Positions 18,501 through 26,877 of a DNA stretch of 64,000 nucleotides are shown here, piece after piece. A program made the position numbers and the translations under genes. Every line of letters starts with the position of its first letter. Position 1 is the stretch's first letter. Under the pieces are notes generated by a model that was given only the letters and a program-made list of their open reading frames with translations, was not told the origin of the DNA and searched no databases. The stretch lies in the IMG/VR virus record IMGVR_UViG_3300042482_000285. One strand, given 5' to 3'. The DNA comes from a virus.

Positions 18501-21189
18501 TGTTGTTTCTTATTACGCATCTCTTAAGAATGTATTTGTTAATCAATACGGACAAATCTATTCTTATAGCACGGTGGACACTGGTTTCCAAGTGCTTGTG
18601 GATGATACCACTCCCGACATACAAACAGTGTTTGGTGGTGATACATTCATCAGCAGGTTTGCATTCAAGACCAAGCTTCCATTCTTTATTGACAACCGTG
18701 TGAATGCTCCTGATGACAGTGATATATTCTATGATGAGATAGGTAACATAGCCTATCCAAAATACTGGCATTCAGCACGTTCTATTCTTAGAGACTACAG
18801 CATCACAGGTGTGGGTGTATTGTCAAACATTATTTCATACAAGGCTCACAACTTTGATTGTCCAAACAGTCAGTTTGTAGCTCCTGGACAGCCTAAGGAT
18901 AGCAATCCTGGAAGAACTTTCTACGACGGATATTTCTATTTGTTTGCATACGGTATTCCTAATTTCTATTGTGAGAGCTCTTACAACGTAGACCTACGTC
19001 AAGCTTTCAACAATAGAGAAGGAGACTTCTGGCCTCACGTGAGTACAGGAATTCCTGATGACTGGGTGCAGCAAAGTTATGTTCCTATTGTTCAGGATAA
19101 TACATACTACTACAATGTCACATATTCTAAGCAGAATAGAGAAAACACATTTACAAATCTACCTATCGACTGGGGTAAACCTTGCTTCACATACTACCCT
19201 TTCAGAGCTATCTATTCTGATTCTCAGAATATCGACTCTGATAACAGGGTGAATAGCTGGTTGATTTACAGAGCCATATCTTATTATGACTTCCCACAGA
19301 ACTATGGAAATCTTATATCCCTAGATGGAATTCAGAACAAGGCAGTGCTTGCTCGTTTTGAGAACAAGACGCTTCTGTACAACAACCTCCTTACGATAGA
19401 TACAAGTAACCCTCAGGCAGCGTATGTGGGTAATCCTCAGTTCTTTAGATCAGCTCCTCCGATTGACTTCGCAGAAACTGATTTGGGATATGTAGGAACC
19501 CAAAACAAGATGTTGCTGAAGATTCCACAAGGACAAGTGTCTGTGGATGCTAAACGTGGTCAGGTGTTCTTAATCTCTGGTACACAGGCTGTAGACCTGT
19601 CAGGGTTTGGTTCAGGACTTAATAGGTTCTTTACAGACCATCTGGCATTTGAAATCCTGCGTTACTTCCCAGAGGTGCCTACAGATAACCACTTCACAGG
19701 AATTGGTCTGCATGGTGTGTTTGATAGTAAGTATGACAGGGTGCTCATCACTAAGCTTGACTATGTTCCAAAGAGCAAGGATGTTAAATACGATGCTGTA
19801 AAGAGAGAGTTTTATATTGAAACTCAATATAGAATGCCTTCAGAAGATCTCATCTACAGTGTTGTTCGTGAGAGAGTTTATTTGACAGATGAGAAATACT
19901 TCTGCAACAAGAGCTGGACAGTGTCTTTCAACTTCAATACTAAGAGCTGGATAAGCTTCCATAGCTACATTCCTAACTGGTATATTGGTGAGAACAACTT
20001 CTTCTACTCTGGTCTTAATGGATGTTGTGATGACTTTGATGTGATTGTTGGTGTTCCTGGACCTATTCCAACCACCACCACCACTTCTAGTACATCTACC
20101 ACTTCTACAAGCTCTACCACCACTACAACCACTACATTGAATTGTAATCTTGTAGGAACTGTTAGAGAAACAAACTGTACCATATCAGGAACAGCTGTAG
20201 TGACAGTACCACCACCAATACCTCCTTGCGAAAGACCTGAAGGTTTGATAGAAGATGTGTTCTTTACAGGATACAACATCATCTCTCCTCCTAGCAATGT
20301 AGATTCTACAGGAAGTCAATCAGATGCATGTAATGCTGTTGCCTACCTGAATACATTTGGGGAAGAATATGTAAACGTTGTACCTACATTCCTCACTATC
20401 GAATACCAAGGACTGTATGTTGGATCTAAAGTGTTTGTAACCAATGGTACAACTGATTGTACAACAATCCCTGATGGTTGGTATTTCACAGGAGCTTCTC
20501 AATCGCTTAATGTAGTGTTTGAAGTGGTAGACGGAGAGATTGTATACATCACTAGTTGTACAACCACAACAACTTCTACAAGTAGCACAACTACTAGTAC
20601 AACCAGCACAACATCTACAACCAGTACAACTAGTAGTACAACGTCTACAACTACTAGCTCTACTAGTACAACAACCACTAGTACATCATCTACAACAACC
20701 ACTACAACTACAGCTATACCTGTAACCACTACCACTACTTCTAGTAGTAGTACAACTACAACAACAACAACAGGTACACCACCACCAACTACCACTACTA
20801 CAAGTTCTAGTAGCACCACTACTACATCAACTAGTAGCACTAGCACTACGTCTACTAGTAGTACAACAACTACTACCACTACTGCAGCACCTATTACTTG
20901 TAATAATTACAACATAGAAGGTGCCCCATCAATAGATGTTGAATGGTTAGAGTGTGATGGTACACCAAATTCCGCTACAGTAACAACCGCAATAGTTATT
21001 TGTGCTCAGACAGGTAGTGTTTCTCAGACAGGAGGATCAGGAAACATAACACAACTTGGTTCTTGTACATCACCAACCACAACAACATCTACAACTAGCA
21101 GCACATCTACAACCACAACAACCACCACAGCTGCACCTGATTGTTCACTTGCTGGAACAGCTGTTGAAGGAGAACCATCACTACCATAA
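15574..21189 (+). CDS. Large (1871 aa) multidomain virion/tail protein with mucin-like poly-Thr/Ser linkers
   Basis: About 1480 aa of globular sequence. Then domains separated by TTTTSSTSTTSTSSTTTTTTT (about 20056-20140), a roughly 115-aa TS-rich stretch (about 20560-20900) and TTTTSTTSSTSTTTTTTT (about 21070-21130). Small Cys-containing domains lie between the linkers. Confidence 0.6.
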   Translation: MAEQEQGNIRQEYNNATTGLNMDQTPNQIAKGKLTYALNAAVENYDANSVNYQNEPGNELCVTFPSGFVLIGNHFIQEKSKHIFFITNPDTGDSQIGYMENNDCIYRVVVNAPCLNFSTNYPIHKVAHKITNCTTEIYWTDGFNPRRYLDIDNIPKVLKSGTPFCDPKYTDDLDCNQLKLQPNFNIPQLEVTDVASTGNLIAGTYQFAIQYSDAQGNPYTSYYSVTNPTPIADKFITSVNFNYAVGKSIILNISNLEDTGLYQYFNLAVIKTVNDITSVELVGTYYIDAVQKEITYTGQNVTQIRLTINDIFEKFPYYDIAQDLTVAQDVLIWDNLTSIDRINYQSIASQIPLLWESWRIPADQNYADELNATNLRGYLRDEVYAFEIVFLLKNGKQTDGFHIPGRIKGPAENLQPDVPDTNPDFIGIPDYTSGGVGYSPYWKIYNTGSVLGTSPGYSPAPDYRGAYQYGEFGYWESADTYPCNKDVWGDLAGQPIRHHKFPDINVSPAYESKIFTGPSGMVMGNDAVFPIGVQIDVQLVSSLIQTSNLTPEQKDDIVAFKIIRADRGTNKSIVAKGILRNVNTYEREEETYYYPNYPYNDLNSDPFLNTANNAYSQICDGYTVFIDTLVVDPAGGPSFAEVEYTDCNTNKATKKKYFAIDQYPLCSIGKPRILGPATGRVGLSTYEVWTAQVCNPSPFAFARGGRIEWNDIYTGITTQWINGWPTSPVYTLYVVPGTGGPVQIEGPGEICFTGPTLVTGANCKAETPQPGFTEKYRQIFNSPETSFGQPFLGGVLKLESVMFGRGKGHFVEVRDNAKYKLLTEEAQRDALESAEELGDVTTPFNATAMFTAYQAYLTIYVNGITRKNYAYSFNSIGDYNYGVGVPDNQGIKQRTLDIARYLIPGVQNVGDLYNINNFQRESSVYLRTDLNKTALPFPDQSPNMLSAGSPIVTDISRFTISERSKCQAPAKEEDMSVVSYYASLKNVFVNQYGQIYSYSTVDTGFQVLVDDTTPDIQTVFGGDTFISRFAFKTKLPFFIDNRVNAPDDSDIFYDEIGNIAYPKYWHSARSILRDYSITGVGVLSNIISYKAHNFDCPNSQFVAPGQPKDSNPGRTFYDGYFYLFAYGIPNFYCESSYNVDLRQAFNNREGDFWPHVSTGIPDDWVQQSYVPIVQDNTYYYNVTYSKQNRENTFTNLPIDWGKPCFTYYPFRAIYSDSQNIDSDNRVNSWLIYRAISYYDFPQNYGNLISLDGIQNKAVLARFENKTLLYNNLLTIDTSNPQAAYVGNPQFFRSAPPIDFAETDLGYVGTQNKMLLKIPQGQVSVDAKRGQVFLISGTQAVDLSGFGSGLNRFFTDHLAFEILRYFPEVPTDNHFTGIGLHGVFDSKYDRVLITKLDYVPKSKDVKYDAVKREFYIETQYRMPSEDLIYSVVRERVYLTDEKYFCNKSWTVSFNFNTKSWISFHSYIPNWYIGENNFFYSGLNGCCDDFDVIVGVPGPIPTTTTTSSTSTTSTSSTTTTTTTLNCNLVGTVRETNCTISGTAVVTVPPPIPPCERPEGLIEDVFFTGYNIISPPSNVDSTGSQSDACNAVAYLNTFGEEYVNVVPTFLTIEYQGLYVGSKVFVTNGTTDCTTIPDGWYFTGASQSLNVVFEVVDGEIVYITSCTTTTTSTSSTTTSTTSTTSTTSTTSSTTSTTTSSTSTTTTSTSSTTTTTTTAIPVTTTTTSSSSTTTTTTTGTPPPTTTTTSSSSTTTTSTSSTSTTSTSSTTTTTTTAAPITCNNYNIEGAPSIDVEWLECDGTPNSATVTTAIVICAQTGSVSQTGGSGNITQLGSCTSPTTTTSTTSSTSTTTTTTTAAPDCSLAGTAVEGEPSLP

Positions 21190-21208
21190 CTTTTAAATAT
21201 CATATAAA

Positions 21209-21811
21209 ATGACAGTATTAATAACATTAACAACAGCTGGGACAGACACAGGTCCTTTCAACCTCTACTCGAATGTGGATGGTTATGTTTCAGCATTTGA
21301 AACAGGTGTGTCTAAAGCTGCACTTGTATCAGGTTATTCATCTGCACTTGTTCCTAATGGTACAGCAACCATAAGAATAAAGTCTACGGGCACTTGTGTA
21401 AACTACATAGATGTTACAGTGGTTACAACTACTACCACCACATCAAGCACAACATCTACGTCTAGTACCACAACAACCACGTCTAGTACTACACCACCTA
21501 CTGAGCTATTTGTTTATGCAAAATATATAAATGCTGCATCTCCTGGTGATTTACAATTTAGTATAAACTCAGGACCAAACTTCAACGCTGGTGCTATAGC
21601 AACATCATCTTGTAATTATATGTTTACAATAAGTGGAATCACTGCAGGAGATAGCATTTCGTTTACTGACTCAAACAGTCAGGCAATTGCAGGAAGCACA
21701 TCTGTTTGTCCTTCAGGACCTGGTGGATTTGGCTGTACGTACAACTACTCTGTATTAGTGTCTGGTCCACAAACTGCATACATTTCTGTTGACGGAACTA
21801 CCGCTTGTTAA
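21209..21811 (+). CDS. Hypothetical protein (200 aa) with a paralogous N-terminal domain and a poly-Thr linker
   Basis: The N-terminus TAGTDTGPFNLYSNVDGYVSAFETGVSKAALVSGYS...STGTC parallels the N-terminus of ORF 21823. Linker TTTTTTSSTTSTSSTTTTTSSTTPP. Confidence 0.5.
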   Translation: MTVLITLTTAGTDTGPFNLYSNVDGYVSAFETGVSKAALVSGYSSALVPNGTATIRIKSTGTCVNYIDVTVVTTTTTTSSTTSTSSTTTTTSSTTPPTELFVYAKYINAASPGDLQFSINSGPNFNAGAIATSSCNYMFTISGITAGDSISFTDSNSQAIAGSTSVCPSGPGGFGCTYNYSVLVSGPQTAYISVDGTTAC

Positions 21812-21822
21812 AATAAATAAGA

Positions 21823-22689
21823 ATGGCTAAGACAATCATCATAAAATTAACTAGCTCAGGACCCACAGCGGGACCCTTTACAATCATTGACCAACTTGGA
21901 AACACTCTAGCAACGGGTGTTTCCAAGGAGGACTTGATTTCTGGGGTGAGCTATGTTGTGGATGATGCTGTTAATGTCATCACTGTAGAATCTACAGGTA
22001 AGTGCAAAAGCAAGAAAAACTTCCCTGTCACTACAGTTAATCCTGTAAGTTTAGCAGCTACCACGTATAACCAAATATCAACAGCTTGTATCTGGAGGCA
22101 CTTGAAGAACCCAGTGGTGTATAACTACTTCTATGGAAACATAGAACCTTACATCATCGAGTATCCATTTGCCTATCAGTATCAGGATGAAATCCTACAA
22201 TCTGTTCAGGATTACACCAAGGCATATAGATACTTCTCTGATCCAGATGGTGTGTCTGATGACAACCGCAAGATAGAAACTGACAATGCTTGGTTTAATA
22301 AGGCTGTCCTTTACAATGGTCAACAGAGTACAGGTGTGCTTGAGTTGGTTCCTAAACCAATCAACAACCTGAAGGAATACTTAAAGTATCCAATATATAA
22401 CGCTGATAGTAAGACAATTACATTCACAAAGAGTGATAACTTCTATCAATACAATACGTTCTGGAGTCTTGTAAAGAACAAACAAGAACCTCTGTTCATA
22501 CGCACGTGCGAGAGCTTGTCTTTGGACAAGGTGGTGAACCAGGCTAATATGGACTACGGAAAGAGATCTTTCAAGAAGGAACCTCTGAGAGCTAAGGAGC
22601 TTAAGGTGAGACACATCCTTGATAACCGCAGCGATGCACACCTGGTTTCTCAGTTTATTTACACACCTGCTCAAATCTCTTACAAGTAA
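21823..22689 (+). CDS. Hypothetical protein (288 aa), paralogous N-terminal domain
   Basis: N-terminus SSGPTAGPFTIIDQLGNTLATGVSKEDLISGVS...STGKC, the same pattern as ORF 21209. Confidence 0.5.
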   Translation: MAKTIIIKLTSSGPTAGPFTIIDQLGNTLATGVSKEDLISGVSYVVDDAVNVITVESTGKCKSKKNFPVTTVNPVSLAATTYNQISTACIWRHLKNPVVYNYFYGNIEPYIIEYPFAYQYQDEILQSVQDYTKAYRYFSDPDGVSDDNRKIETDNAWFNKAVLYNGQQSTGVLELVPKPINNLKEYLKYPIYNADSKTITFTKSDNFYQYNTFWSLVKNKQEPLFIRTCESLSLDKVVNQANMDYGKRSFKKEPLRAKELKVRHILDNRSDAHLVSQFIYTPAQISYK

Positions 22690-23738
22690 TGAACAATTGG
22701 TTAGACAAATATGAACAAGGAGGATTGGTCTTGAAACAAAAGACCAAGGATAACTATGGGAAGAAAGCCAACCCAAACAATCCTGATGTATCATTTCCTC
22801 CAGGGTTCAAGGGATGGGCATATAACACCAAAGGACGTAATTACAGTCCTGCATGGGGTGGACAGTTTAAAGATGGTGGTAACTTGATGCCTGCTATGGC
22901 TGGAGCCAACCAAACTGTTCCTATGGCTCAGAACGGATTAACATTCTTAGAACCTACAAGCAAGAAACTTCCTAAGGGATATGTTATTCCTTTTAACACC
23001 CCTAGTACAGAACTTGCAATGTCTATAGGTGGTGAACAAGGAGAACCTGCATATCTTATACCATCTTTTAAATATGGTAAACCATTAAAAGATCCTGTAG
23101 CTGAGTTTAGAAAAACAGGAGAACATCTTGGTGGTCCATTTAAAACATATCAAGAAGCTGATGAGTGGGAAAGAACAGTGAGACATCCTTATGTTGAGAA
23201 AGGTCAGTCTATTCCTGCTCCTTTAAAAAGATGGGGAAAAGACTTTGCAATGGGAGGCAGCCTTCCTGGTGCTGTAGGATTCATGTACGCACGTACAGCA
23301 GGAGCTGCTCCTAGCAATGGTCCTTATGCTAAGAAGACAAAGGCTAGTGCACAGAATGGTAAGGAGATGAAATACTACCAAGAAGGTTTGGATTTCAAAC
23401 CTAAGACCATTAGTCAAGATGGCACTGTGATAGATCCTGAAGGATATTGGAACCCTGAGAACTGGGGCAACCCTGTAATCATCCCATCCACAGATATCAC
23501 TATGGAGGGTGTGGATGTTCCATTGATTGGTATATCTGACACAGGAGATGTACAATACATGCAACCTGGAGAAGACTATGAATTTGATGGTGAATATGTA
23601 ACAGAGTATCCTGTTGCTAAAGATGGTGTTAGTGTGAATAATGCTGATGCTCAACCTATTAAAAAGTTAGACCAATTACTTAACTTTACAAACTATAACA
23701 AACCAACCAAGGGTGGCTGGTTAGATAAATATAACTGA
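22689..23738 (+). CDS. Hypothetical virion protein (349 aa) with a WLDKY motif at both termini
   Basis: MNNWLDKYEQGG at the N-terminus and KGGWLDKYN at the C-terminus, encoded by about 17-nt imperfect direct repeats at 22698-22716 and 23718-23735. Confidence 0.5.
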   Translation: MNNWLDKYEQGGLVLKQKTKDNYGKKANPNNPDVSFPPGFKGWAYNTKGRNYSPAWGGQFKDGGNLMPAMAGANQTVPMAQNGLTFLEPTSKKLPKGYVIPFNTPSTELAMSIGGEQGEPAYLIPSFKYGKPLKDPVAEFRKTGEHLGGPFKTYQEADEWERTVRHPYVEKGQSIPAPLKRWGKDFAMGGSLPGAVGFMYARTAGAAPSNGPYAKKTKASAQNGKEMKYYQEGLDFKPKTISQDGTVIDPEGYWNPENWGNPVIIPSTDITMEGVDVPLIGISDTGDVQYMQPGEDYEFDGEYVTEYPVAKDGVSVNNADAQPIKKLDQLLNFTNYNKPTKGGWLDKYN

Positions 23739-23739
23739 T

Positions 23740-26700
23740 ATGAAAGCAAAAATGCTCAAAATCGCTGGTGTTAAGTCTGAGAAGGAATTCTACAAGAAGT
23801 ATCCTACAGAAGAAGCATTCATGGCTAAACATGGTAAAGCCTTAAAGAAAGCCCAGATCGGTTCATACATTGGTGGTGAGTCAGGTGCAGGTTTTCAACC
23901 TATGAACTTCCAAGAGATTTACGACAATGTTGATTATGGTATTACAGGATCTACAGATGAAATGCGTAAGGAGGAAGAACTCAGAAAAGCACAGATTAAA
24001 TCTGCTCAAGAAGAATCTGGCAAAGGAGGTGGTGGAGGACTTGGTGATATTGCCAATGTTCTTCAGAGCAAAGAATTTGCAGATGCCCTTACTAGCGCAG
24101 CTGGTGGTGCTAGAAAAGGTAAGACTATTAAGAAAGCACAAGCTGGAGATCAGATTGAAGTGGAAGAGAAACCAGGTGGAGACTTTTTTAAACAAGCATC
24201 TAAATATGCAGGTCCTGCAGGTAAGCTTATAGAAGGGTTCCAACAATTAAAAGCAGAGAAAGAAGCACTCAAAAGTGCTCAGCAGATGCAAGGGGTAAGT
24301 GATGTTGTAAGACAAGCTGCAAATACACGTCCTGAAGAAACACAACGTAGATATCTTCGTCCTGAGAATATTAAAAATACAGGAGAAGAGTTCTTCCCAA
24401 TATATGGTGTAGGTACGAATGTTCTTGCAAGGAACGGAGCTTCTGTTGGTGGTGGAGAAATCATGAACACGTTTGCTCCAAATACACTTTACGATGATCT
24501 TGGATATGAGCCTTTGAATGATAGCGAACGCTATAAGCAGTTTATGCATGGTGGTAAAATGCACAAAGCTGCAACTGGCTTAGAAATGTTTGCTGAAGCT
24601 GGTGGTGGAGATATTGCAAGTAAACTACTAACTGGTATCACTGGTGAGAATGCTGGTGGTAACATAGGTGGAACTATTGGTAAAACTGCTGGAATGTTCT
24701 TTGGACCAGTGGGAAGTATGGTAGGTCAAGCAGCTGGTCAACTTATTGGTACAGCCCTTGACAGAAAACCCCAACAAATTAAAAAGGCTAAAGCTGCTAC
24801 AGAGAAGAATATCAAAGCTACAGCTCTTCAATCAGGGTTTCAGGGTGGACAGGCACAAAATTCATCATTCATGGAGAATGGTGGAACAACCTCTCCATAT
24901 GAATGGGTGAGTCATACATGGCAACCTCAGGTGATTGCTACCTTCGGAGAACACAAAGTGAAAGACCTGCTCACACCTCCAAAGGATGCTGATATGCTAA
25001 GAGCTGGTGGTCATCTAAAAGAATACACTCCTCCTAGTGCAAGAGCTATGTCTACAGAAAGACCTGACTTCCAGATGGGTGGTGAGCTTCAGACACATTG
25101 GGGTGGATATGCAGAGTCTATGTCTCAGAATCCATACCTGCCAGATGGTGGAGAAACAATCATGTTCAGAGGTCAGTCTCACGATGAGAGTGATGGTAAG
25201 GGTAACACAGGTATTGGTATCACTTATGGTGACAACCCTGTAGAGGTGGAAAGAGGTGAACCAGCTATCAAGATGAGAGATGGGTCTGGTGGTGACTCTA
25301 GCCTTGTAGTATTTGGTAACTTAAAGATTCCAAAGCTGCTAGGTGATCCTAAGGCAGAAGGTAAAAACTTCAAGAGATATGTAGAAGGTTTGTCAAAAAA
25401 TGAAAACAAACAGAACACACTTGTTAATAAATCTATCACAGAGATTGACGAAATGGATGTACAAACTCCTTTTGATAGATTGAAATTCAACTCTTTACAA
25501 GCAAACGTTATGGGTGGTAATTTAAAACTTAAAGACATAGCTCAAAAGAAAATGGATGCTGCCGCTCTTCAAACTGCTATGAATGACACTATTGAACAGT
25601 TCGGTCTGAAAACCACAGACAAGGGTAACATCATGGCTAAACTTGGTGCAAACATTCTAAAGGCACAAACAGGTAAAGATCTTCCTAAGCTAGAACAAAA
25701 GGATTACGAATACTTGCAAGGGTTATATGATGTTGCTGAAAGAGAAAAAACAGGACCTACAGTTCTAAAGTTCCAGAAAGAGTTTCACAGACTAGCAAAG
25801 CCTTATGCTGAAAAGGTGATTTCTGAAGAACCCACAACTTCCTTTGGAAAGAAAATGGGGTATCCTGCAACTGATATAAGAAGTAATGAGGACAAGATAT
25901 TTGGAAAGAGAACAGTGAAATATATGTCAGCTCTAAAGGATGCCATGAAATCCCCAACACCCCCTGAAAAAGAATCAGGACTTCCTCCTATTACACTTAC
26001 AACCAAGAAGAGCGAAACTGTTCCAGAAAAAGAAAAAGAAGGAGAAGAACCAGTTTATCCAAAACGTCCTGGTATCATAAACGTTATAAACGAAGTGCTT
26101 CCTTATCTAAGACCTACGGATGTAGAAGATCTAGATCCTAATCAACTTACTGGTGAGATGTATGCATTGGCTACCAATCAGTTAGAACCTGTAGCTGCAC
26201 AAACAATTCAGCCTCAGCTAACCATCCCTTATGACATCTCTCTTCAAGACATTCTAAATGAGAACAGGGCTTCCTTGAGATCACAACAGAGACTTGTGGG
26301 ATACAATCCTGCTTTACAAAGTCAACTTGGGGCACAAGAATATGCTGCTAATCAGAGAGTGCTAGGTGAGCAATTCCGTATGAATCAGGCATTTAAGAAC
26401 CAGATTTACAAAGAGAATAGGGATAAGCTTGATCAGTTTGGCTTGAAGAATCTTGAGATTCTTGACCGTCAATATCTTCGTCAGGCTGAAGCTAAGAGCA
26501 AGACCAAGGCCACCACTCAGGCTGCTCTTAATTCTATTGCTGCCAAATATGCTCAGAACAAGTTGGAAAACAGAACATTACAGGTGTATGAGAACCTTTA
26601 CAATTATCGTTTTGATCCTAGATTTAGGGCTACAAATATGAATCCTCTGGTGGATTTTGAAGCAATGATTGCTAATGCTAGCCCTTCTCAGATAGCAGAA

Positions 26701-26790
26701 TACAAGAAAGCTCTTGAGTCAAAGTCTAAAAAGTCTGACAGTGGGTCTTCCAAAAATGGATCTATTGTAAGGTCTCTTAAAAATATCTAA
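23740..26790 (+). CDS. Gly-rich large virion protein (1016 aa); possible internal/ejection (cargo) protein
   Basis: Glycine-zipper-like tracts (GGGGGLGD; GGGDIASKLLTGITGENAGGNIGGTIGKTAGMFFGPVGSMVGQAAGQLIG). Long, lies in the cargo-gene block. Confidence 0.5.
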   Translation: MKAKMLKIAGVKSEKEFYKKYPTEEAFMAKHGKALKKAQIGSYIGGESGAGFQPMNFQEIYDNVDYGITGSTDEMRKEEELRKAQIKSAQEESGKGGGGGLGDIANVLQSKEFADALTSAAGGARKGKTIKKAQAGDQIEVEEKPGGDFFKQASKYAGPAGKLIEGFQQLKAEKEALKSAQQMQGVSDVVRQAANTRPEETQRRYLRPENIKNTGEEFFPIYGVGTNVLARNGASVGGGEIMNTFAPNTLYDDLGYEPLNDSERYKQFMHGGKMHKAATGLEMFAEAGGGDIASKLLTGITGENAGGNIGGTIGKTAGMFFGPVGSMVGQAAGQLIGTALDRKPQQIKKAKAATEKNIKATALQSGFQGGQAQNSSFMENGGTTSPYEWVSHTWQPQVIATFGEHKVKDLLTPPKDADMLRAGGHLKEYTPPSARAMSTERPDFQMGGELQTHWGGYAESMSQNPYLPDGGETIMFRGQSHDESDGKGNTGIGITYGDNPVEVERGEPAIKMRDGSGGDSSLVVFGNLKIPKLLGDPKAEGKNFKRYVEGLSKNENKQNTLVNKSITEIDEMDVQTPFDRLKFNSLQANVMGGNLKLKDIAQKKMDAAALQTAMNDTIEQFGLKTTDKGNIMAKLGANILKAQTGKDLPKLEQKDYEYLQGLYDVAEREKTGPTVLKFQKEFHRLAKPYAEKVISEEPTTSFGKKMGYPATDIRSNEDKIFGKRTVKYMSALKDAMKSPTPPEKESGLPPITLTTKKSETVPEKEKEGEEPVYPKRPGIINVINEVLPYLRPTDVEDLDPNQLTGEMYALATNQLEPVAAQTIQPQLTIPYDISLQDILNENRASLRSQQRLVGYNPALQSQLGAQEYAANQRVLGEQFRMNQAFKNQIYKENRDKLDQFGLKNLEILDRQYLRQAEAKSKTKATTQAALNSIAAKYAQNKLENRTLQVYENLYNYRFDPRFRATNMNPLVDFEAMIANASPSQIAEYKKALESKSKKSDSGSSKNGSIVRSLKNI

Positions 26791-26829
26791 CTAACTCAGT
26801 TATAGCGATTTACCAAAACTCGTTATAGC

Positions 26830-26862
26830 TCTTGGAAATTATAATTATTCATATTACATTTG
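26830..26862 (+). promoter_or_regulatory. Candidate promoter box TACATTTG (TAnnTTTG) with an upstream CTTG
   Basis: TACATTTG at 26855-26862, 16 nt before the ATG at 26878. CTTG at 26831-26834 (20-nt spacing). Direct repeat GTTATAGC at about 26803 and 26823 upstream. Confidence 0.3.
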
Positions 26863-26877
26863 CTAACTTAATGTACA

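Noticed and set aside
20499-20879. Minus-strand 126-aa poly-Val ORF (MVVVVVLLVDVV...), its plus-strand poly-Gln/Leu partner at 20540-20725, and similar ORFs at 20004-20297 and 21024-21233
   Set aside because: They are artefacts of the poly-Thr/Ser codon tracts (ACN/AGN) of the 1871-aa gene, whose reverse complement reads as NGT/NCT (Val/Ser).
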